This document shows, in pieces, positions 18,718-28,800 of a stretch of 32,000 bases of DNA. Made by a program: the position numbers and the translations under genes. Numbering within the stretch: the stretch's first letter is position 1; each line of letters opens with the position of its first letter. The stretch covers positions 1,770,001-1,802,000 of the forward strand of contig NC_000964.3 of NCBI RefSeq assembly GCF_000009045.1, read 5' to 3'. The notes beneath the pieces were generated by a model. That model did no database searches and was not told where the DNA came from. It saw nothing but the letters and a program-made list of their open reading frames with translations. This stretch comes from Bacillus subtilis subsp. subtilis str. 168. GTDB lineage: Bacteria; Bacillota; Bacilli; Bacillales; Bacillaceae.

Positions 18718-19942
18718 GGTGGTGGTGACCGGTGTAGGCGTTACGGCCTCTATCGGTCAAGGGAAAGAGGACTTTGCTTCCTCGCTGCTGTCCGGCAGAC
18801 ATGCCTTTGATGTCATGAAGCGTTCAGGCAGACAAAAAGACAGCCGGTTTATCGGAGCCGAAATTGCGTCATTGTCTTATCCTGACCGACTCTCTAAAAA
18901 AATGTTGCGAAAAGCATCATTCTCCAGCCGCGCTGCATTGGTAACTCTCACAGAGGCTTGGGAGGAGGCTGAATTGGACGATGCAGATTCCTCACGTATC
19001 GGACTGGTTGTTGGCGGATCAAATTTTCAACAGAGAGAAAACTTTGAAGTTTATGAAAGGTATCAAGACCGCTCCGGTTTTATTTCTCCGGCGTATGGTC
19101 TGTCTTTCATGGACAGCGATCTTTGCGGGATATGTACAGATCAGTTTGGCATCACGGGATTAGCATATACGGTGGGAGGAGCTTCGGCCAGCGGCCAGTT
19201 AGCAGTCATTCATGCGATTCAGCAAGTCCTGTCAGGCGAAGTTGATACTTGCATAGCACTTGGTGCTTTAATGGATCTTTCTTATATGGAATGCGAGGCG
19301 CTAAGGGCTTTAGGCGCTATGGGGACGGACAAATATGCTGATGAACCTGAAAATGCGTGCCGTCCCTTCGATCAAAACAGAGACGGGTTTATCTATGGAG
19401 AATCGTGCGGTGCATTGGTAATAGAACGAAAGGAGACGGCTTTACGAAGAGGTCTAAAACCTTATGCAGCATTGTCTGGCTGGTCAATCAAACTGGACGG
19501 AAACCGGAATCCTGATCCTTCATTAGAAGGAGAGATTCATGTCATCCAGAAGGCACTGGAGCGTGCCAGGCTTTTACCAGAAGATATTGATTATATTAAT
19601 CCTCATGGAACAGGCTCTTTTATTGGAGATGAAATAGAATTAAAGGCGCTCCGTGCATGCCGGCTTTCCCATGCTTATATCAATGCAACAAAATCGATAA
19701 CCGGACACGGGCTTAGTGCGGCGGGCATCGTAGAGATTATTTCTGTTTTGCTGCAAATGAAAAAATCTGCCCTGCATCCGAGCAGGAATTTGGATCATCC
19801 AATCGATGATTCCTTTCATTGGGTAAATGAGAAATCGATTTCATACCGCATCAAAAATGCGCTGAGCTTAAGCATGGGGTTTGGCGGAATGAACACCGCG
19901 GTTTGTATACAAAACATTGAGAAATGTGGAGGCGAATCATAA
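18695..19942 (+). CDS. pksF: Non-elongating ketosynthase (KS-S, malonyl-ACP decarboxylase) PksF, 415 aa
   Basis: It has the FabF-like fold, with EVVVTGVG at the N-terminus. The active-site motif reads GGASASG, with Ser where a condensing KS has Cys. Both catalytic His residues are retained (NPHGTGS, KSITGHG). It overlaps acpK by 23 nt, and the SD is GAGGTG (18685-18690). Confidence 0.9.
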   Translation: MTKCNLPEVVVTGVGVTASIGQGKEDFASSLLSGRHAFDVMKRSGRQKDSRFIGAEIASLSYPDRLSKKMLRKASFSSRAALVTLTEAWEEAELDDADSSRIGLVVGGSNFQQRENFEVYERYQDRSGFISPAYGLSFMDSDLCGICTDQFGITGLAYTVGGASASGQLAVIHAIQQVLSGEVDTCIALGALMDLSYMECEALRALGAMGTDKYADEPENACRPFDQNRDGFIYGESCGALVIERKETALRRGLKPYAALSGWSIKLDGNRNPDPSLEGEIHVIQKALERARLLPEDIDYINPHGTGSFIGDEIELKALRACRLSHAYINATKSITGHGLSAAGIVEIISVLLQMKKSALHPSRNLDHPIDDSFHWVNEKSISYRIKNALSLSMGFGGMNTAVCIQNIEKCGGES

Positions 19943-21205
19943 ATGGTTTCAGCCGGAATAGAAGCGATGAATGTCTTTGGCGGAACGGCATACCTTGATG
20001 TCATGGAGCTGGCCAAATACAGACACTTAGATACTGCGAGATTTGAAAATTTATTAATGAAAGAAAAAGCGGTAGCACTGCCTTATGAAGATCCCGTGAC
20101 CTTCGGAGTCAATGCAGCTAAGCCGATTATTGATGCTTTATCTGAAGCAGAGAAGGACCGGATTGAATTGCTGATCACTTGCTCTGAATCCGGGATCGAC
20201 TTTGGGAAATCGTTAAGTACATATATCCATGAATATTTAGGTCTCAACCGCAACTGCCGTTTGTTTGAGGTTAAACAGGCGTGTTATTCAGGGACAGCGG
20301 GATTTCAGATGGCGGTGAATTTTATATTATCCCAGACTTCTCCGGGTGCCAAAGCACTGGTTATCGCCAGTGATATTTCACGTTTTTTAATCGCTGAGGG
20401 CGGAGACGCTTTAAGCGAAGATTGGTCTTATGCGGAACCGAGCGCCGGAGCGGGAGCGGTGGCCGTTTTAGTTGGCGAAAATCCCGAGGTGTTTCAAATA
20501 GATCCCGGAGCAAATGGTTATTACGGCTATGAAGTGATGGACACGTGCCGCCCCATTCCCGACAGTGAAGCGGGAGATTCTGATCTGTCTTTAATGTCAT
20601 ATTTGGATTGCTGCGAACAGACTTTTCTGGAATATCAAAAGCGTGTACCGGGTGCCAATTATCAGGACACGTTTCAATATCTTGCTTACCATACGCCCTT
20701 TGGCGGGATGGTGAAAGGTGCGCACCGGACAATGATGCGTAAGGTAGCGAAGGTGAAAACATCCGGGATTGAGACGGATTTTTTAACTCGGGTAAAACCA
20801 GGTTTAAACTACTGTCAACGGGTTGGAAATATTATGGGGGCAGCCTTGTTTCTGGCATTGGCCAGCACGATAGACCAAGGGAGATTTGATACGCCTAAAC
20901 GAATTGGCTGTTTTTCCTACGGATCCGGCTGCTGTTCTGAATTTTACAGCGGAATTACAACTCCGCAAGGCCAGGAGCGTCAGCGAACATTTGGTATTGA
21001 GAAGCATTTGGATCGCCGGTATCAGCTCTCCATGGAAGAGTATGAGCTATTGTTTAAGGGGAGCGGGATGGTGCGGTTTGGGACGCGCAATGTAAAGCTG
21101 GACTTTGAGATGATACCGGGCATCATGCAGTCCACTCAAGAGAAGCCGCGCTTGTTTTTAGAAGAAATTTCTGAGTTTCATCGGAAGTACAGGTGGATCT
21201 CGTGA
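19943..21205 (+). CDS. pksG: HMG-CoA-synthase-like beta-branching enzyme (HCS) PksG, 420 aa
   Basis: The catalytic Cys lies in EVKQACYSGTAG. The HMGS fold shows YHTPFGGM and GNIMGAALF. ATG 19943 directly abuts the pksF TAA. Confidence 0.95.
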   Translation: MVSAGIEAMNVFGGTAYLDVMELAKYRHLDTARFENLLMKEKAVALPYEDPVTFGVNAAKPIIDALSEAEKDRIELLITCSESGIDFGKSLSTYIHEYLGLNRNCRLFEVKQACYSGTAGFQMAVNFILSQTSPGAKALVIASDISRFLIAEGGDALSEDWSYAEPSAGAGAVAVLVGENPEVFQIDPGANGYYGYEVMDTCRPIPDSEAGDSDLSLMSYLDCCEQTFLEYQKRVPGANYQDTFQYLAYHTPFGGMVKGAHRTMMRKVAKVKTSGIETDFLTRVKPGLNYCQRVGNIMGAALFLALASTIDQGRFDTPKRIGCFSYGSGCCSEFYSGITTPQGQERQRTFGIEKHLDRRYQLSMEEYELLFKGSGMVRFGTRNVKLDFEMIPGIMQSTQEKPRLFLEEISEFHRKYRWIS

Positions 21206-21972
21206 CCTATCAAACGATAAAGGTCCGCTTTCAAGCATCGGTTTGCTATATTACCTTTCACCGTCCTGAAGCGAATAATACGATTAATGACACGCTGATA
21301 GAAGAATGCTTGCAAGTGTTAAACCAATGTGAAACATCAACGGTGACGGTTGTCGTTTTAGAGGGGCTTCCCGAGGTGTTTTGTTTCGGAGCGGATTTTC
21401 AAGAAATCTATCAGGAAATGAAAAGGGGCAGAAAACAGGCAAGCTCCCAAGAGCCTCTCTATGATTTGTGGATGAAATTGCAGACCGGCCCTTATGTCAC
21501 GATTTCGCATGTCAGGGGAAAAGTGAATGCCGGCGGTCTTGGATTTGTATCTGCCACAGATATTGCCATTGCTGATCAGACGGCGTCATTCAGTCTCTCT
21601 GAGCTGCTATTCGGCCTGTACCCTGCTTGTGTTTTACCGTTTCTGATCCGCCGTATCGGCCGGCAGAAAGCGCATTATATGACGCTTATGACAAAGCCGA
21701 TTTCCGTTCAGGAAGCCAGTGAATGGGGGTTAATAGATGCTTTTGATGCTGAAAGTGACGTGCTGCTGAGAAAGCATTTATTGCGTTTGCGGAGGCTGAA
21801 TAAAAAAGGAATCGCACATTATAAACAGTTTATGAGCTCACTTGATCATCAAGTCAGTCGTGCGAAAGCCACCGCTTTAACTGCAAATCAAGACATGTTT
21901 TCTGATCCTCAAAACCAAATGGGAATCATCAGGTATGTTGAAACAGGACAATTCCCATGGGAGGATCAGTAA
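21193..21972 (+). CDS. pksH: Enoyl-CoA hydratase-family dehydratase (ECH1) PksH, 259 aa
   Basis: Crotonase fold with FCFGADF and GKVNAGGLGF. A GTG start at 21193 overlaps pksG by 13 nt. GTG 21202 is a possible alternative start. Confidence 0.88.
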   Translation: MDLVTYQTIKVRFQASVCYITFHRPEANNTINDTLIEECLQVLNQCETSTVTVVVLEGLPEVFCFGADFQEIYQEMKRGRKQASSQEPLYDLWMKLQTGPYVTISHVRGKVNAGGLGFVSATDIAIADQTASFSLSELLFGLYPACVLPFLIRRIGRQKAHYMTLMTKPISVQEASEWGLIDAFDAESDVLLRKHLLRLRRLNKKGIAHYKQFMSSLDHQVSRAKATALTANQDMFSDPQNQMGIIRYVETGQFPWEDQ

Positions 21973-22011
21973 CCGTTTAAAAATGACAATCAGAACCGTT
22001 AGGAGGACATC

Positions 22012-22761
22012 ATGACGCATTCTGTTGTAGAGCTTATCGAAATTGAATCCGCCATTATTCAGGTAAAGATGCAAGATCGCACTCATAAAAACGCGTTTTC
22101 ACAAGAACTTACAGACGATTTAATTCAAGCGTTTGAATACATACGGCAGAATCCCAAATACAAAGCGGTCATTTTGACAGGATATGATAATTATTTTGCT
22201 TCAGGAGGAACGCAAGAAGGACTGCTTCGAATTCAACAGGGATTGACCAAGTTCACTGATGACAATCTTTATTCTCTGGCGCTGGATTGCGAGATTCCAG
22301 TTATTGCGGCAATGCAGGGCCATGGAATTGGAGGCGGCTTTGTCATGGGGCTCTTTGCTGACATTGTCATTCTGAGCAGAGAAAGCGTGTATACGGCTAA
22401 TTTTATGAAATACGGATTTACGCCTGGAATGGGCGCTACCTTTATCGTTCCTAAAAAACTGGGTTTCAGCCTGGCCCAGGAAATATTATTGAATGCGGGC
22501 AGCTACCGCGGAGCTGATCTTGAAAAAAGAGGGGTTCCTTTTAAGGTGCTGCCCCGTGCAGAAGTGTTAGATTATGCAGTGGAGCTGGCGCAAGAACTGG
22601 CGGAAAAGCCGAGAAACTCACTGGTTACACTGAAAGATCATTTGGTTGCCCCGCTTCGCGATCAGCTGCCGCGCGTCATTGAACAGGAATTGATGATGCA
22701 TGAGAAAACATTTCATCATGAAGAAGTCAAAAGTAGAATCAAAGGTTTATATGGTAATTAA
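22012..22761 (+). CDS. pksI: Enoyl-CoA hydratase-family decarboxylase (ECH2) PksI, 249 aa
   Basis: AGGAGG (22001-22006) precedes ATG 22012. Crotonase fold with YFASGGT and QGHGIGGGF. Confidence 0.9.
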   Translation: MTHSVVELIEIESAIIQVKMQDRTHKNAFSQELTDDLIQAFEYIRQNPKYKAVILTGYDNYFASGGTQEGLLRIQQGLTKFTDDNLYSLALDCEIPVIAAMQGHGIGGGFVMGLFADIVILSRESVYTANFMKYGFTPGMGATFIVPKKLGFSLAQEILLNAGSYRGADLEKRGVPFKVLPRAEVLDYAVELAQELAEKPRNSLVTLKDHLVAPLRDQLPRVIEQELMMHEKTFHHEEVKSRIKGLYGN

Positions 22762-22805
22762 CTGAAAATATATATAAATTTTGCAGGTGAAATGGAGGCA
22801 GCGTG

Positions 22806-25800
22806 ATGAGAAATAATGATAATATCCGCATATTAACTAATCCTTCTGTCAGTCATGGGGAGCCTTTACATATATCTGAAAAGCAGCCGGCAACAATACC
22901 TGAAGTTTTATACAGAACGGCGACGGAGCTTGGGGATACAAAGGGAATCATTTATTTGCAGCCGGATGGAACTGAAGTTTACCAATCATACAGACGATTA
23001 TGGGATGATGGATTGCGCATTGCGAAGGGGCTTCGCCAATCAGGCCTGAAAGCAAAACAAAGCGTGATTTTGCAGCTTGGTGACAATTCACAGCTTCTCC
23101 CTGCGTTCTGGGGGTGTGTGTTAACAGGGGTTGTTCCGGCTCCATTAGCCGTTCCGCCAACGTATGCTGAATCGAGCAGCGGCACTCAAAAGCTGAAAGA
23201 CGCATGGACGCTTCTTGATAAGCCAGCGGTGATTACGGACCGGGGGATGCATCAGGAAATGCTCGATTGGGCAAAAGAACAAGGGCTTGAAGGGTTCAGG
23301 GCAATTATTGTAGAGGATCTGCTCAGCGCTGAAGCGGACACAGATTGGCATCAATCCAGTCCTGAAGACTTAGCGCTTTTATTGCTGACTTCAGGCAGTA
23401 CGGGAACGCCCAAAGCAGTTATGCTTAATCATCGTAACATTATGAGCATGGTGAAAGGGATTATTCAAATGCAAGGCTTCACCAGAGAGGATATTACGTT
23501 TAACTGGATGCCGTTTGACCATGTCGGAGGGATCGGAATGCTGCATTTGCGGGATGTTTATCTTGGCTGTCAGGAAATTAACGTCTCAAGCGAAACGATC
23601 TTAATGGAGCCGTTGAAATGGCTGGATTGGATTGATCATTACCGAGCTTCTGTTACGTGGGCGCCGAATTTTGCGTTTGGTCTGGTTACTGATTTTGCAG
23701 AAGAAATAAAAGATAAGAAATGGGATCTGTCTTCAATGCGATACATGCTCAATGGCGGTGAAGCAATGGTAGCCAAGGTAGGGCGTAGAATACTTGAGCT
23801 TTTAGAACCACATGGACTGCCTGCTGACGCCATCCGACCTGCCTGGGGAATGTCCGAAACTTCATCGGGCGTTATTTTTTCTCATGAATTTACCCGGGCT
23901 GGAACAAGTGATGATGATCATTTTGTTGAAATAGGCTCTCCAATCCCCGGCTTCTCTATGAGAATTGTGAATGACCATAATGAATTGGTTGAAGAGGGTG
24001 AGATCGGCCGTTTTCAAGTCTCGGGTCTTTCTGTTACTAGCGGTTATTACCAGCGGCCTGATTTGAATGAGAGTGTGTTTACAGAAGACGGCTGGTTTGA
24101 AACCGGAGATCTTGGCTTTTTGCGAAACGGGCGCTTAACCATAACAGGCCGTACGAAAGATGCAATTATCATTAACGGCATTAATTATTACAGTCATGCA
24201 ATTGAGTCTGCAGTTGAAGAATTACCTGAAATTGAAACTTCTTATACTGCTGCTTGCGCTGTCCGTCTGGGCCAGAATTCAACAGATCAGCTGGCTATCT
24301 TCTTTGTTACTTCCGCAAAATTAAATGATGAGCAGATGTCTCAGCTTCTTAGAAACATACAATCCCATGTCTCACAGGTGATCGGAGTCACCCCGGAATA
24401 TTTGCTGCCTGTACAAAAAGAAGAGATTCCAAAAACGGCTATCGGAAAGATCCAGCGCACCCAGCTAAAAACTTCATTTGAAAATGGAGAGTTCGACCAC
24501 TTGCTACATAAACCCAATCGGATGAACGATGCAGTCCAGGATGAGGGGATACAGCAAGCAGACCAGGTGAAAAGAGTAAGGGAAGAAATACAGAAGCATC
24601 TGCTCACCTGTTTGACTGAGGAGCTGCACGTTTCCCACGATTGGGTGGAGCCAAATGCAAATATCCAAAGTCTTGGTGTGAATTCTATCAAGATGATGAA
24701 GCTCATTCGATCGATCGAGAAAAACTATCATATCAAACTAACAGCTAGAGAGATACATCAATATCCTACAATTGAACGCTTAGCCAGCTATCTATCAGAA
24801 CATGAAGACCTCAGCAGCTTGTCTGCTGACAAAAAGGGCACGGACACATATAAAACCGAACCGGAAAGGAGTCAGGCAACTTTTCAGCCTCTCTCTGAGG
24901 TTCAAAAAGGATTATGGACATTGCAAAAAATGTCACCCGAAAAAAGTGCATATCACGTACCTCTCTGTTTTAAATTTTCGTCAGGGCTTCACCATGAAAC
25001 ATTCCAGCAGGCTTTCGGCCTTGTATTGAATCAGCACCCAATCTTAAAGCACGTCATCCAAGAGAAAGACGGAGTGCCATTTCTTAAAAATGAGCCAGCA
25101 CTTTCAATTGAAATCAAGACAGAAAATATCTCAAGTTTGAAAGAGTCTGATATTCCTGCTTTTCTTAGAAAGAAAGTAAAGGAACCGTATGTAAAGGAAA
25201 ACAGCCCGTTAGTGCGTGTCATGAGCTTTTCCAGATCTGAACAAGAGCATTTTTTATTAGTTGTCATTCACCATTTGATTTTTGACGGAGTTTCGTCTGT
25301 CACATTTATACGCAGTCTGTTTGATACCTATCAGCTTCTTTTAAAAGGACAGCAGCCGGAAAAAGCTGTTTCTCCTGCCATTTATCATGATTTTGCGGCA
25401 TGGGAGAAAAACATGCTTGCCGGCAAAGACGGTGTGAAGCACCGTACATATTGGCAGAAACAGCTATCGGGAACTTTGCCGAATCTTCAGCTGCCTAATG
25501 TCAGCGCAAGTTCAGTCGATTCTCAGTTTAGAGAGGATACATACACCAGGCGGTTGTCCAGCGGCTTCATGAATCAGGTCAGAACGTTTGCGAAAGAGCA
25601 TTCTGTAAATGTCACGACGGTATTCTTAAGCTGCTATATGATGCTGCTTGGCCGTTACACAGGCCAAAAAGAACAGATCGTCGGCATGCCGGCCATGGTG
25701 AGGCCGGAAGAAAGATTTGATGATGCCATTGGACATTTTCTCAATATGCTCCCGATTCGGAGTGAGCTGAACCCGGCAGACACTTTTTCTAGCTTTATAT

Positions 25801-28800
25801 CAAAATTGCAATTAACGATATTGGATGGGCTTGATCATGCAGCATATCCTTTTCCAAAAATGGTGAGGGATCTGAATATTCCTCGCAGTCAAGCAGGTTC
25901 ACCGGTATTTCAAACCGCTTTTTTCTATCAGAATTTTCTTCAATCCGGAAGCTATCAAAGCTTGCTGAGCCGCTATGCTGACTTCTTTTCTGTCGATTTC
26001 GTTGAGTATATTCACCAAGAGGGCGAATACGAATTAGTATTTGAACTGTGGGAAACAGAAGAAAAAATGGAGCTGAACATCAAGTACAATACTGGGCTGT
26101 TTGATGCGGCTTCTATATCCGCCATGTTCGACCATTTTGTTTATGTAACAGAGCAGGCGATGTTGAATCCTTCTCAGCCTTTAAAAGAGTATTCTTTATT
26201 ACCTGAGGCAGAGAAGCAGATGATTCTCAAAACATGGAACGCCACAGGAAAAACGTATCCATATATAACTTTTCATGAGTTGTTTGAGCAGCAGGCGAAA
26301 AAGACGCCTGATAGAGCGGCTGTCAGCTATGAAGGTCAAACATTGACGTATCGGGAGCTTGATGAGAAAAGCACACAGCTGGCCATTTATTTGCAGGCGC
26401 ATGGAGTGGGTCCTGACCGTCTGGCGGGGATCTATGTGGATCGATCGCTGGACATGCTAGTGGGTTTATTAGCGATCCTCAAGGCTGGGGGAGCGTATGT
26501 GCCGCTAGACCCGTCCTATCCGGCTGAACGATTAGAATACATGCTTGAGGACAGTGAAGTTTTCATTACACTGACGACATCGGAATTAGTAAATACGTTG
26601 AGTTGGAACGGTGTCACAACAGCCCTTTTAGATCAAGATTGGGATGAAATTGCTCAAACAGCCTCTGATCGAAAAGTGCTTACACGCACTGTCACGCCAG
26701 AGAACTTGGCATATGTCATTTATACATCCGGCAGCACAGGAAAGCCAAAAGGTGTCATGATACCACATAAAGCTTTGACAAACTTTCTCGTTTCGATGGG
26801 GGAAACACCAGGTCTTACGGCAGAGGATAAAATGCTTGCTGTCACAACCTACTGTTTTGATATTGCAGCTCTGGAATTATTTTTGCCTTTAATAAAGGGC
26901 GCACACTGCTATATTTGTCAAACGGAGCATACAAAAGACGTTGAAAAACTGAAACGGGACATCCGCGCGATCAAACCGACAGTGATGCAGGCAACCCCCG
27001 CTACGTGGAAGATGCTCTTTTATTCAGGCTGGGAAAATGAAGAGAGCGTGAAAATTTTATGCGGTGGCGAAGCATTGCCTGAGACATTAAAACGATATTT
27101 CTTAGATACGGGCAGCGAAGCCTGGAATATGTTCGGGCCAACCGAAACAACTATCTGGTCAGCGGTTCAGCGCATTAACGTTGAATGCTCTCATGCCACG
27201 ATAGGAAGGCCAATCGCCAATACACAAATCTATATTACGGATTCTCAGCTCGCGCCAGTGCCGGCAGGTGTTCCGGGTGAGCTGTGCATTGCAGGAGACG
27301 GTGTGGCGAAGGGCTACTACAAAAAGGAAGAATTAACGGATTCGAGATTCATTGACAACCCTTTTGAGCCTGGGTCTAAGCTTTATAGAACGGGAGACAT
27401 GGCCCGTTGGCTTACGGGAGGGCGAATTGAATATATAGGCCGCATCGATAATCAAGTAAAAATCCGCGGATTCCGTATTGAACTTGGTGATATTGAAAGC
27501 AGGCTTAGTGAGCATCCCGGCATTCTGGAATGCGTTGTGGTCGCAGATATGGATAACCTAGCTGCCTATTATACAGCTAAACATGCAAATGCTTCTCTCA
27601 CAGCGAGAGAGCTGCGTCATTTTGTGAAAAACGCTTTGCCTGCCTATATGGTGCCTTCTTATTTTATTCAGCTTGATCATATGCCGTTAACTCCGAACGG
27701 AAAGATAGATAGAAACAGCCTTAAGAATATCGATTTATCAGGGGAGCAGCTAAAGCAAAGGCAGACCTCTCCTAAGAACATTCAGGATACTGTTTTTACC
27801 ATTTGGCAGGAAGTGCTGAAAACGAGTGACATTGAATGGGATGACGGATTTTTCGATGTGGGCGGGGATTCGCTTCTCGCGGTCACTGTGGCTGATCGTA
27901 TCAAACATGAACTATCCTGTGAGTTTTCTGTCACAGACCTGTTTGAGTATTCAACGATTAAAAATATCAGCCAGTACATCACTGAACAGCGAATGGGCGA
28001 TGCAAGTGACCATATACCGACAGACCCGGCAGCTCATATAGAAGATCAGTCTACCGAGATGAGTGATCTCCCGGACTATTATGACGATAGTGTGGCGATT
28101 ATTGGCATATCGTGTGAATTTCCAGGGGCAAAAAATCATGATGAATTTTGGGAGAACCTCAGAGACGGCAAGGAAAGCATTGCGTTTTTCAATAAAGAAG
28201 AGCTTCAGCGCTTTGGCATTTCAAAGGAGATAGCGGAGAATGCCGACTATGTCCCTGCTAAAGCTTCAATTGATGGGAAAGACAGATTTGATCCAAGCTT
28301 CTTTCAAATCTCTCCTAAAGACGCTGAATTTATGGACCCTCAGCTTCGGATGCTGCTGACTCATTCATGGAAAGCAATAGAAGATGCCGGTTATGCTGCG
28401 AGGCAGATTCCGCAAACCAGTGTTTTTATGTCGGCAAGCAATAATTCTTATCGCGCGCTGCTGCCGTCAGATACAACAGAGAGCCTGGAGACGCCGGACG
28501 GCTATGTTTCGTGGGTGCTTGCACAGAGCGGGACGATTCCGACAATGATTTCTCATAAGCTCGGGCTGAGAGGGCCAAGCTATTTTGTCCATGCCAACTG
28601 CTCATCCTCTCTGATTGGATTGCATTCTGCCTATAAGAGCCTCCTGTCGGGTGAATCTGATTATGCTTTAGTTGGCGGTGCAACGCTGCATACCGAGTCA
28701 AATATCGGATATGTGCATCAGCCTGGGCTGAACTTTTCGAGTGATGGACATATTAAAGCTTTTGACGCTTCAGCTGACGGAATGATAGGCGGTGAGGGCG

